Assembly: GCF_001194135.2 (NCBI RefSeq)
Contig: NC_068986.1
Span: 38,085,330-38,149,329, forward strand
Direction: 5' to 3'
Source of the DNA: Octopus bimaculoides
Taxonomy: Eukaryota
DNA: 64,000 bases
Positions within the stretch are counted from its first letter, which is position 1. The number at the start of each line of letters is the position of its first letter. The notes below the pieces were generated by a model that saw only the letters and a list, made by a program, of their open reading frames with translations, had not been told where the DNA came from and did not search any database. The position numbers were made by a program, and so were the translations under genes. Shown piece by piece: positions 1 through 11,609 of the stretch.

Positions 1-201
1 GTGGCCGTTTTCGTGCGGGTGACACGTAAAAGCACCCACTACACTCTCTGAGTGGTTGGCGTTAGGAAGGGCATCCAGCTGTAGAAACTCTGCCAAATTA
101 GACTGGAGCCTGGTGTTGCCATCCGGTTTCACCAGTCCTCAGTCAAATCGTCCAACCCATGCTAGCATGGAAAGCGGACGTTAAACGATGATGATGATGA
201 T
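1..201 (+). mobile_element. RTE LINE 3' end, young subfamily, (GAT)n tail
   Basis: Nearly identical to 27560-27750, 34445-34590 and 37910-38100. Ends GGAAAGCGGACGTTAAACGATGATGAT. The same UTR follows RTE coding sequence at 37580 and 4995-5230. Confidence 0.85.
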
Positions 202-625
202 AGCAATAAGAAAATGGAGGGGATTAATAGGTGGTATTCATCAACTTGCAGACATTGTATTGTGTCAATTTAATTGTTTCTTGTTTATTTGTTTACTAAA
301 AGGACAATAATAACTATATACAAACACATGTGACATATTATATTATATCAGTAATTATAAAAATGACATATAGTGATAGGAAATGGGATAATATCTTACA
401 GCTGTTTCAGTGTAGAGGTGACATGCCTCATTCTATCTTTATCACTCCAGTAGACTGAAGTAATTAATAGATGAAGTAGAGGTATTCTTTAGGCCTCTTC
501 AGACATTTTATAAAGTTCATAAGGTTAAGCTAAAAATATAAAAATATAAAAACCGTAAAAACCCACATAAATGCATACTTTAACATATACAGAGATATAC
601 ATAAATAAACATAAATACATATATG

Positions 626-668
<43 letters not shown>
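626..668 (+). repeat. (GATA)n microsatellite
   Basis: About 10 tandem GATA units. Confidence 0.95.
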
Positions 669-669
<1 letters not shown>

Positions 670-1184
670 CGAACAGATATATATGTGTGTGCCTTTGTAT
701 CTGTATTTGTCCATCAGCACCACTTGACAACCAGTGTTGGTGTGTTTACATCCCCATAACTTAGTGGTCCTGCAAAAGAGACCAATTGAATTAGTACCAG
801 GTTTTTTTTTAAAATAAATATTGGGGTTGATTCATTCAACTAAAATTTTTCAAGTCGGTGCTCCAGCATGGCTGTAGTTTAATGACTAAAACAAAAAACT
901 GATAAAAGATATATAGACAACAGATTACACATTTAAGTGAACATTTTGAAAATCTGGAGAAATAACAAATTCATCATTTCCGCATTCTATGAATAGTGAA
1001 AGGTTAATTTAAAGTACCAGAAGGAAGTTGTAAAACAATTCATCAAAATTTTTATTCCAAAATTAAATGTGCAAAGATTCTATTTATAGTAACAGGAAAT
1101 TTTATGAAAAAATGTTTTTCCCAGATGGACCAAAAGTGGGTCACTGCCAGATATTAATGATGCTGTTACTATTGTTAATGTGGA

Positions 1185-1402
1185 GGCGTGTGACTTAGTT
1201 GTTAGAATGTTGGACTCGTGATTGTAAGATTGTGGTTTTGATTCCTGGACCAGGCAATACGTTGTGTTCTTGAGCAAAACATTTCATTTTATGTTGCTCC
1301 AGTCCACTCAGCTTGCAAAAATGAGTAATCTTGTGACAGAATAGTGTCCTGTCCAAGGTGGGGAATATATAACTCATGGAAACCAGGAAACTGGCCTTAT
1401 GG
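1185..1402 (+). mobile_element. tRNA-derived SINE, family C
   Basis: tRNA-like head with degenerate B box (GTTTTGATTCC), then TTGTGTTCTTGAGCAAAACA...GCTCCAGTCCACTCAGCT. Minus-strand copies at 16600-16810 and 59890-60050. Confidence 0.75.
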
Positions 1403-1929
1403 GTCTGTATGTTATTAAAACAAATTTCTGAAAGAAAAAAATCATTTTAAAACAATCAGCACACATGCTTGCATGCGTGTAAACACACACACACACAAAC
1501 ATATACATGCTCAAACACCACTCAAATGTATTTGATACATGTGTAGTAGAAATATTCAACAGTCAAATCATTACACCCGAGGTCGCAATTTGCTACAATA
1601 CTACCCACATAATGAATGAAAATATCTAACCAATCATGATTTTGTGTGGAATAGGTTCCAGTGATGATTTCATCTTTTGGCATGCTTCTTTCTGAGCCTA
1701 ACCATCAGTATAAATTCAGCACATCTAGACCACTTGATAGAGAGTCTGGAGAGGATAGAGACAGATGCTATAGGAGATGGTCAACAGAGGTGACAGACAG
1801 CAGCTGGCTCAAGCTGACAACAACCACAATGAACAATCAGTGACAGCAACACAACAATCAGCAGCTAACTTTTTGATTGCTATTACAATTACACCACAAG
1901 CAATAACATTCAAACTCTCTCAGTGTTTT

Positions 1930-2375
1930 GTCATCCATACTCCAAGTGGATGAGACTCATGGAAGAAGGGGACCCAGGAAGAGATGGGACAAAATACTGA
2001 AAGATGACCTCAGAATGCTGGATCTTTTGGATGAGATGACAAAGGACCGAGATACCACTCAAGAAGATGCACCCTCTACAGCGGAAGTGTTAAGGCCACA
2101 TTGCCTAGTGAAGAGAATTGGCTTGCAAGAGTCCTGTGCGGGTGCCATGTAAAAAAACTCTGATGCCAGCACCACATAAAGATGCTTGTGCCAGTACCAT
2201 GTTAAAGGAACCTAGCACACACTGTAATGTGGTTGGCATTAGGAAGGGCATCCAGATGTAAAAACCAAGTCAAATCAGACTAGAACCAGGGGCAGCTCTC
2301 TGGCTTGCCAGCTCCGGTCAAACTGTCCAACCCACACCAGCATGGAAAACGGACATTAAAGGATGATGATGATGA
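1930..2375 (+). mobile_element. Old RTE 3' fragment
   Basis: LQVDETHGRRGPRKRWDKILKDDLRMLDL..MTKDRD (RTE C-terminus), then diverged 3'UTR and a (GAT)n tail. Confidence 0.7.
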
Positions 2376-2689
2376 TTATTATTATGAGTTATTACAACTT
2401 TTTCTTTTTGTTCACAGGAAGGATAAAATTTTGTTTGTCAAAAACCAAAACAGATTCAATGAGTGTATAAAAAAACATAAAAACATTTACATATTTTGAA
2501 CAAAAACCAGTCAACCATTGAAGAATTTTTCCAGATTCAAACCAACAATTTATTGAAATTAATCCACAGCTTGACATATCTAGATAAACTTATCAAAACA
2601 ATCAACTGGAAATTTTTTGCTCTTTGTTTCATTTTTCAATAAACAGTTCACATCACTTTATATATACTGGAATCAATAAACACCTGGCA

Positions 2690-3110
2690 CATTTGGACAA
2701 AAATGCTACTCAAACTGCTTAAAAAACAAAAGCTTATTTATCCTTTGTTTAAACACACACACATACAAGTGTATGAGTGGGTCAGACATTTTCAAGATGG
2801 CCGAAAAATTGTTGATATTGACAAACATTCTGGAAGACCTGCAACTAACAGAACTGAGAAAAACATTGCAGATGTACATGCGGCTGTGATAGGAAACTGT
2901 CAAATTATCATTCGTGAGTTATCAGAGGATGTGCAAATTAGTTATGGTTGAGTTCAGTCTATTATCACTGAAGATTTGGGTATGAGATGCATATCTACCA
3001 AGTTTGTGCCAAAACTGCTTTCAGCTGACCAAAAAGACATTTGTGTTTCAGTTGCACAAGATCTCCTTCATTGTGTTGAGAATGATGAAAACTTTTTGAA
3101 AACTTTGCAT
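2690..3110 (+). mobile_element. mariner transposase fragment (HTH region), inactive
   Basis: VYEWVRHFQDGRK...HSGRPAT...IRELSEDVQISYG*VQSIITEDLGMR..TKFVPKLLSADQK. In-frame TGA at 2949-2951. Confidence 0.85.
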
Positions 3111-3771
3111 AGGTCTCTGAGCAGATATCACCAAGCTTTTGTCAAAATTTGATGTAGATTCTCTGCTCAACTTTGTTCTGTACACACACACACACGTGTG
3201 TGTGCACACCTTTATCACTATGTACATATGCACATAAGCACATGCACATACATGTGCACAAACAAGTGTGTACATGTACATACATGCACACACATGGCTT
3301 CACATATATATGGATGTGCATGCATGCACATGTATACTCACATGCACATGTACACCCACATGCACATGTATGCCCATGCACATAGGCACATACTCGCGTG
3401 GTCATACACAATGGGTGATGTACAAAGGGTGAGAGTATGTGGGTGGACAACCATGAAGAAGTGTTGAGGATTAGTGATTTGTGGTGCTGTTTATGGGGGT
3501 TAATTTGTGACAGTGACCTTGGTGCAAGCAGTGCTAGGGGTGGCTGGTACTAAGGAGGATTGTCGGCAGTGAGTGGCTTGAAATTTACCAAAAGAGTGTC
3601 CCTCTGGTGACAGCAATACAATACCTCATATTTCTTGTTGATGGATACTATGGGTTGGTAGATGATATACAGTTTTTGTGGAGCCACAGCTGGTAATTAG
3701 GGGCACCAGGTGAATATGGTGGTGCCCTGTCCATAATAGTCCACTTATATATTTTTGCGTACCCATCCACA

Positions 3772-3922
3772 TAGGCTGGCCCTCTATAGGGACGATGGCC
3801 TGGCTATTTCAAGCCATATGAATGGCTATGCCTTGGACAGGTTCAGGAAGGACTTGATAAAAATATTCAAAGTGTTTGGCCTGACCATAATGGTTACTAC
3901 CAATCAGACTACAGTCAATTTC
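3772..3922 (+). mobile_element. Penelope-like element RT fragment
   Basis: LYRDDGLAI...DRFRKDLIKIFKVFGLTI...NQTTVNF, the YRDDGL RT motif typical of Penelope-class elements. Confidence 0.75.
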
Positions 3923-3924
3923 TG

Positions 3925-4250
3925 CCTGCAAAGTAAAATTCTGGTCCTGTTCTAAGTCTGTCAATATCCAGGCATGTATCTCTGTATCTTTGCTTGCAGT
4001 TAACCTTTGAACCAAAATTAAGCATTTGAACATGTCCGGGGTTTATTTAGTTAGTTTGAATTTTTCACTTTCTCAATTGACAACTCCAGTATAGGTGACA
4101 AAATCTTCATCATCCTTTTTTACTAAATTCAAACACTCCCATCGAGTATTGAACAGGGAACTTCTCTCACTGAAAATTTTCAATAACAATTTAATTGTTC
4201 CATCGAAATAAATTTCACAAAATTTGAAATCATTATCGAAATAAAGCTTA
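3925..4250 (-). mobile_element. Ty3/Gypsy gag fragment
   Basis: IKLLLKIFSERSSLFNTRWECLNLVKKDDEDFVTYTGVVN...DMFKCLILVQRL..SKDTEI...LEQDQNFTLQ, like invertebrate K02A2.6-type gag. Contains stops. Confidence 0.7.
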
Positions 4251-4251
4251 G

Positions 4252-4462
4252 AGCAGTGAGCTGGCACACTCATTAGCATGGCTGGGAAAATGCTTCACAG
4301 CATTTTGTCTGTCTGTACGTTCTGAGTTCAAATTCTGCTGAGGTTGACTTTGTCCTTTTGGAGGGTGATAAAATATGTACCAGTTACGCACTGGGGTTGA
4401 TGTAATTAACTTACCCCTTCCCTGAACTTGCTGGCTTTGTATCAAAATTTGAAACCAATATA
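4252..4462 (+). mobile_element. tRNA-derived SINE, family B
   Basis: GTGAGCTGGCA...GTTCTGAGTTCAAATTC (B box)...GAGGTTGACTTTG...GTACCAGTT. Many copies in the window. Confidence 0.8.
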
Positions 4463-4463
4463 G

Positions 4464-4467
<4 letters not shown>

Positions 4468-4495
<28 letters not shown>

Positions 4496-5230
4496 GTTTA
4501 ACGTCCACTTTTGACTGAGGACTGGTGAACCAGATGGCTACACCAGGCTCCAATTTGATTTGGCAGAGTTTCTACAGCTGAATGCCCTTCCTAACGCCAA
4601 CCACTCCGAGAGTGTAGTGGGTACTTTTACATGCCACCGGCACGAAGGCCAGTCAGGTGGTACTGGCAACGGCCATGCTCAAAATGGTGTATTTTACGTG
4701 CCACCTGCACAGGAGCCNNNNNNNNNNGAATGTCTTTACACGTGCCAGGAAGGCAATGCTGGGCACAGGTGCCATCACGATTTTGCTTTCGCTTGCCCCA
4801 ACAGGTCTTCGCAAGCCAAGTTTCATGTCCAATGAAGGAGACAACGTTGGCATGGGTGCCAGTCATCGAATTTTGTTCGATTTCGATTTCACTTGCCTCA
4901 ACAGGTCTTCTCAAGCAGAGTTTAGTGTCCAATGAAGGAAAGGTACGCATAAGTGGGCTGGCTACACCCCTGGCAGAGGCCTTGGATTTAGGTCTCACTT
5001 GGCTTGCTGGGTCTTCTCACGCACAGCATATTTCCAAAGGTCTCGGTCAGAAGTCATCACCTGGGTGAGGCCCAATGTTCGAAGGTCGTGCCTCACTACC
5101 TCATCCCATGTCTTCCTGGGCCTACCTCTTCCACAGGTTCCCTCAACTGCTAGGGTGTGGCACTTTTTCACACAGCTATCCTCTTCCATTCTCGCTACAT
5201 GGCCATACCAGCGCAAATGGCTTCTTAATT
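4468..5230 (-). mobile_element. RTE 3' region (ORF end, 3'UTR repeats, tail) spanning a 10-N gap
   Basis: LRWYGHVARMEEDSCVKKCHTLAVEGTCGRGRPRKTWDEVVRHDLRTLGL...DRDLWKYAVREKT*. (GAT)n tail at 4468-4495. Confidence 0.88.
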
Positions 5231-6245
5231 GGAATCCAGTCTGGCACTGTATACACATCCAGGAATAAAACACCTGATAATGACTAGAGATTAAACTGAT
5301 TGAAACATAGATGTCAGCAACAATCCTTTAGAACCATAAATGGGTGTATAACAGATTAAAATTGCTATGGATTTGCTTGAAACTGTAAACTAACATGGAA
5401 TCTACAAGTTTGGTTACAGACTTAGCAGTTTTTGTCTCATCGGAAAACAAGTACAGTATTCAGTTTCACCATTGTGTAAACAACATTGTTTAAATTAGGA
5501 AAAAGAGGCAAGTTTCTCCATGTTTCTGCACCAAACTGCTAGAAATATCTCATGCTTTAATTTTTTTTTTTTGTTGTTGGTAGGGGAAAATTACAATAAT
5601 TCCCTAAACCTTGGATTAAAAATTCTGCTTTGTCTTGGAACTTTTTGGAATATTGAAAATCCCTAGTATGGTATGAGAATACAAAAATGTAACTTGCTTA
5701 TCTCACAGGTTCTCTTTTAATGTTGATCCTTTCCTGACAGGATATATCTATGAGAGACCTACTCACCTAATCTCTGGCCAGAACCTGGTGGCAAATTCTC
5801 TCAACTCGCATTGCTGTCCCAAGTGACAGCCCCAAAGCAAAAGAGGCCCATCACTAGTCATCCTTCCTCTCACATGACCTCCCTCACTCCTATTCTTTCG
5901 GCAAAGCCTCTTGGCCATTCATGTGACATCACTGACCCTATACTTCCAGCAAGGTTCCCTAACCAGTTCCTGTTCTCAAAGATGACCCCCCATCTCCTCA
6001 TTCCATGTCAAAATCTGCCATCCACCTGGATAGACATCTCTCCTGCTGTAAATTGCACAAAGATGGAGTACTATTATACATCCTCTCCTCCTCCTTCATC
6101 ATTCACATCATGTCTTGACCCTTATGGATATCCAAGACATGACATGGCATCCCATCCATAGTCATGTTGTTTTGAGAATTTCCCATTGAAATGTGCAGCA
6201 TGCATTTAGTGGCTTGACCCAGTCTTCATCCCCTATTTACACAAA

Positions 6246-6282
<37 letters not shown>

Positions 6283-8189
6283 CACAGGTTATTGTCATAC
6301 CATGCATGGATGTTGCCATTCATTTCTGGATAATGCCCTGTGTGGCACCAAGTCCTCAGCCTATCCTGACTAGGGCAACATATATCAAAATACTGCCTCA
6401 CTTCATGAGATATGTCCCTTCTCCACCATGGCCTTGATCAGGCTAGTCATCCCTCCACTTACATGACCTCCCTCACTCCTGTCCTTTCAGTAAGGCTCCT
6501 TGGCCAGTCACATAATGTCACTGACCTTATACTTCCAGCAAGACTGCTCTCACCCCCAGCTCCAAACCTAGAAATACCTAGAAATACGTAAAATTTCTGT
6601 TATTTGTTCTTCTGCCAACAAAAGCAATGTTGTATGTTGTATGATTTATTGTTGTTCTTTAGCCCCAAGTCAAACTTGATAAAGGAGACCTATGATCACA
6701 GGAATTCCAGTAATGATCAGGAGAGTATAGGATTCTTTACACATGCACCATTATTATATACAATAAAGAAAAGAAGCTAATGAGGGAAACTCTTATGTGG
6801 TCACTTGAGCTTCTGAACATTGTAGCAAAATCACCCTCAAATTTATACCTTCTTGTCTTAAAATAAAAAAAAGACGCATTAATCAATATAGCTCTAGATA
6901 TATCTGAAGATGGAATGGTCATGACAGGAATACCTTTGATCATAAGTCTGCTTGAACAAGAGTTCAAGAGGACTAAATATCAATACAGGTAGGTGTTTAT
7001 TTTTTTCCAAAACAAGAAACAAAAACTTATAATATTATATCTTTGGTTCACAGGGAGTGCTTTAAGTCTTTCACAATGTATTGGCATTTTATTACCAACA
7101 AAACAAGTGGAGATCTTTTATAGTTTCTGGTTCTTCTTTGGGATAAAGCAAAATTTTTTCATCTGCACATAGGATTATTTGTTCTCTACCAACACTAATA
7201 GACATATTATTCACATAACTGTGATCCTAGAATGTTACCTTGGTGAATGCTGTTTATTTTTTCTTTAGTGGGTTATTGAACTTGGTGATTTGTTTTCTTT
7301 GATAAACATCATATGAGTCATTTACTCGACATTTTAAACAAGAATTTGCTACTCTACAATGTCAAACGATTTTTTAGAAACCAAACTAGACCAGTTCTGG
7401 TTAATAAATTTCTTTTTACATTTTTTTTTTATTTTGCTACATATACAAACTTTTGCTACTTATACAAGGTTTTCTTTCTAAAACATGGTTGTAAAATGAA
7501 TTGTTTCAATTAAGAATTTGATTGTATGCTACCTTTTCTAATATTCTATATAGCAGATTCCTGGTTGTTTTTGTTAAGTATTAGATCACCTTGAGCTAAT
7601 TTTAATTGAGAGGATTAATTGGTTTTAATTGATTTATAGACGTTTGGGCCCAGGTCAGCCTTGATTAAACCAAAATATTGACAGCTTGAATCAACCATAG
7701 GTCTGTTCAAGTTGAGACTAATTTATCATTTCAGACATTCTTTATCTCAAACTTTATTATCCAGTATGTCCTACTTTTTTTTTCAAGACAATAGTGTGTG
7801 ATTTACAAAAGACTTTGATGTATTCAAAGTGGTCAAAGCAACCATATAGAAATTTGTCAGCTATTTTTTTGTACTAGAAAGAAAAATAAGTTAATCTTGT
7901 CAAGAATATAATTTTCTTTGTCTTTGGGATTCAAATTGAAGCAAATTCTTTTACAATAGACACAGGCATGTCTGTGTGGTTAAGAAGCTTCCTTTGCCAC
8001 CACATGATTTCAGGTTCAGTTCCTCCTGTGTGGCATCTTGTGCAAGTGTTTTCTACTATAGCCCTTGGCCAACCAATGCCTTATGGGTGAATTTAGTTGA
8101 CAGAAGCTGTGTGGAAGCTGGTCATGTATATACATATATATACATGCACACACACACATGCACGCACGTATGCATATGCACGCATGCGT

Positions 8190-8228
<39 letters not shown>

Positions 8229-9359
8229 GATCAAAGTGTGTCTAATCAACAGTATTCAGCAGTAACAAATTTACCATACTAGTAACTACACCAATAAGAA
8301 AGTAGTGAAAATGAGGATTCTATTGGTTTCATTCATCAGACTGGCCATAATTGGGCACCACCTTTTAGGATATAGCTAATTACATCAATCCCAACACTTA
8401 TTTTATCAACCTTGGAAATGTAAAAAACAAAGTGAGTGTGGGAAGAATTTGAACTCAGAACATAGAGGGAAGTAACCAAATATCTTATACATCTAACATT
8501 CTACTGATTCTGCTATGCAGCTATAGATGTGAGTTCACAGCCATAGTGAAGACATACTGGATACTCTAAATAAGTCTAACAGTGTATGAGGTGCAATGTT
8601 AATTACATGAAGGAGAAAGGAGATGTAAACTTCACAAGCTGCAGTATATTCACAGTATATTCACAAGCTGCAGTATATTCAATCTATCTAGCAAAGCAAA
8701 ATCCCAGAATAAAAACTAACGGAGGAGACTTTTTGGTCTTGACAAACTCTTTACTGTTAGTGACATGCTAAAATGAATGAAGTCTATGCTGTAAAGTGGA
8801 TGATGATAGAAAGGGTATCTGACCATAATAGCCAAAAAAAAAAGCATGAGGTACAAAAGAATAAGCATTGGTGATTTTCTGTTATTTTGTGTATCAGATG
8901 TTGAAGAGCCTCAACAAAATAACAAAAAGCTGTGCTAGAACAAATCCATGCTACCCATGCTCACATGGAAAAATGAATGTAAAATGACGATGGCTGGTGT
9001 ATTTTAGGCATTTTCACAATTTCCATCCACTAAATTTCACTTACTTTAGATGATGGGCTTTAGATGATTCTTGACTCTGCTAGAAGACACTTGCCATGCA
9101 GAAAGTACCAAACCTGGAATTACATTATTGTAATATTAAATTCTTATCCAGTCAGCCATGCTTGTACCCTTGTGGTTATAAGAAAGAGATTACAGATTGC
9201 TACTTCATAGATTTTTAACAAAATTTAAAAATTTTCTCTGTTGATCCACTTTATAATTAGGATCTAATTAATAATGATTGATCCAATTAGCTTACAGTCA
9301 GCCCTAATTACCTGTGAATGATTAAATCAGCAATTTAAATTTTCAATTTTATTTTTTAG

Positions 9360-9478
9360 AACTTATCCTCGTCCACATGAACTCTTAAAATATGAAGATA
9401 TTCCCAAGAGTTGGGATTGGCGTTGCATGAATGGTATCAATTATGCAAGCACAAACCGTAACCAACATATTCCACAAT
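9360..9478 (+). CDS. CTSZ: Cathepsin Z exon (first exon visible; start of mature enzyme)
   Basis: Acceptor ttttttag| at 9359, donor |gtaagt at 9479. Reads [39 protein letters not shown], matching the cathepsin Z TYPRPHE..P.SWDWR...NQHIPQ motif with the HIP mini-loop. Phase 2 in, phase 1 out. Confidence 0.96.
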
Positions 9479-9529
9479 GTAAGTTGTATTATTTTAAGAT
9501 TCCTTTCTAACAATAATTATGAAATATTC

Positions 9530-9960
9530 TTGCATTTACCTGTACATAGACTATCTTTACTTACCTTGTATTTACTTTTACAAACAAGGACTGTATTTAC
9601 CTATACAATGACTAATATAATTTATTCATATACAGACTAATATAATTTACCTGTACCTAGACTAACTGTATTTATCTCTATATAGATTGTCTTTACCTGT
9701 TAACAGACTGTGTGTATTTACATATGTATGAACTAATTTTGGTCTTTCTCTAGTTACCTGTACATTGACTAGCTATATGAATGGACTAGTCTGTATTTAC
9801 TTTTGCATAGATAGTCTGTACTTGACAACTCATATTTACCTGCACATATTCTTTGTATTTACCTCTACCGGTTCTTATGCTTACCTCTACGTGGACAACT
9901 CAAAGTGACTTGTGTGTTTATGTACATAGAGTCTACGTATCTACTCTATGTACAGGCATT
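9530..9960. repeat. Decayed minisatellite, unit about TATTTACCTGTACATAGACT
   Basis: At least 8 recognisable units with irregular spacing. Confidence 0.7.
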
Positions 9961-10256
9961 TCTCAGCCATGCTATTATCTTGAATGTTTAAATAACAACT
10001 GACAAAAGGCAGCTGTGGAATATACATTATATTCCTCATTTTCATTTAATCAATATTCTTGTCATATTACATCTAGACTATTTTTTATTTAAAAATGCTT
10101 TTAAAATTTCATTGTAGCCCTATGTCAATACTTAATAATGTTTCAAAAAGTATAATGATGATGATGATGATGATGATGATGGTGACGATGACGATGATGA
10201 TAAAAATGGTTTCAAATTTTGGTACAAGGCCAGAAATTTTGTGGAAGAGGCTAAGT

Positions 10257-10558
10257 CAGTGGTTCCCAAAATGGGCGGTACCCCCCCCCCCCTATGGGTA
10301 GCAGAAAGATCAAGAGGGGTGTTGAAGAAAAGTGGGGCAATATTAGGGTGGCCAAAAGGGAGTGATGGATGTACCCTCTACCCCACCACCACTGAAAAAT
10401 AGAATGGGTTAATTAGGTTAAGCTTTATCTGTTGCTTTGAATTTGCTGCAGAAAGTGGTCTATGTTTGTGGTGCTGGTGATAGGGAGGGGGGAAGGGTGC
10501 TAGGAATGTGGCTCTAGTGCCAAAGGGGTGGCAGCCCAAAGAAGTTTGGGAACCAGTG
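10257..10558. mobile_element. hAT-type MITE (302 bp) inserted in a family B SINE
   Basis: TIRs CAGTGGTTCCCAAA / TTTGGGAACCAGTG (13/14). Perfect 8-bp TSD GGCTAAGT at 10249-10256 and 10559-10566. Confidence 0.9.
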
Positions 10559-10765
10559 GGCTAAGTTAATTACATTTACCCCAGGGTTCAGCTGGTACTT
10601 CTTTCATTAATCCTGAAAGGCTAAAAGGCAAAGTTGACAATACCAGAATTTGAACTCAGAATATAAAGACAGATGAAATGCTACTTAGTATTTTACCCGG
10701 TATGCTAACGATTATGCCAGCTCGCTTGCCTTTATTATAACAACAACAACAACAATAATAATAAT

Positions 10766-11228
10766 ATGACGGAAGAAAATACTTGTACACTAGTAGATGT
10801 AAGTGTTCCCACTTATAAAAATATATCTGTCAAGGAATTTAACAAACTAATTAAATATTAAGGACCTGGAAATTGAAATACAAAAGATGGGGCATCTTAA
10901 AACAAGAACTATTCCTGTTATTGTATGTACCCTAGGTATGATAAAAGAGGGATGTCAGAAAAATCTAGATAAGATCCCAGGAGAACCATGTCTTAGAGAA
11001 ATCCAAATGATTGTGCTGACAAGTACTGCCCACATCCTTAGAAAAACCCTATCCATTTAAATGTTTGTGTTGTATTACATAAAGGTATTTCACTACCTCC
11101 CCTCCCCAAGCTTTCAGTCATACTGTAACATCTCTTATCTTTCACTCGCCCCAGGATGCTGGGTGTGTCTTGGCAAGTGACTGTAACAAAGATGCAGATT
11201 AAAAGTAAAAAAAAAATAATAATAATAG
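10766..11228 (+). mobile_element. R4/Dong-clade non-LTR retrotransposon 3' fragment (RLE domain)
   Basis: CTLVDVSVPTYKNISVKEFNKLIKY/KDLEIEIQKMGHLKTRTIPVIVCTLGMIK...REIQ.IVLTSTAHILRKTLSI*. (TAA)n on both sides. Confidence 0.82.
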
Positions 11229-11600
11229 GCGTAGGAGTGGCTGTGTGGTAAGTAGCTTGCTTACCAACCACATGGTTCCGGGTTCAGTCCCACTGTGTGG
11301 CACCTTGGGCAAGTGTCTTCCACTATAGCCTTCCACTAGTAGACGAAAACTGAAATATGTGTGTGTATGTGTGTGTGTGTATTTGTGTGTCTGTGTTTGT
11401 CCCCCCATCATTGCTTGACAACTGATGCTGGTGTGTTTACGTCCCCGTAACTTAGTGGTTTGGCAAAAAGAGACTGATAGAATAAGTACTAGGCTTACAA
11501 AGAATAAGTCCTAGGGTCGATTTGCTCGACTAAAGGCGATGCTCCACCATGGCCGCAGTCAGATGACTGAAACAAGTAAAAGAGTAAAAGAGTAAAGAGT
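11228..11600 (+). mobile_element. tRNA-derived SINE, family A, near full length
   Basis: A box TGGCTGTGTGG, B box GGTTCAGTCCC, central (TG)n, tail GAGTAAAA repeats. Other copies at about 7950, 15480, 18660, 42355, 46905, 58400. Confidence 0.85.
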
Positions 11601-11609
11601 AATAACAAT

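Noticed and set aside
7092-7226. Minus-strand 44-codon exon-like reading DHSYVNNMSISVGREQIILCADEKILLYPKEEPETIKDLHLFCW
   Set aside because: Weak acceptor, no recognisable family, no partner exons; compatible with chance.
8898-8990. AG-preceded ORF containing NPCYP, resembling the CTSZ propeptide CY.P
   Set aside because: It overlaps a decayed RTE tail (CCATGCT..CATGGAAAA..GATG), ends in a stop, and has no phase-2 donor.
11228-11305. tRNA-like sequences with A and B boxes (also 1185, 4252, 59765)
   Set aside because: No complete cloverleaf; each continues into a SINE body found many times in the window.
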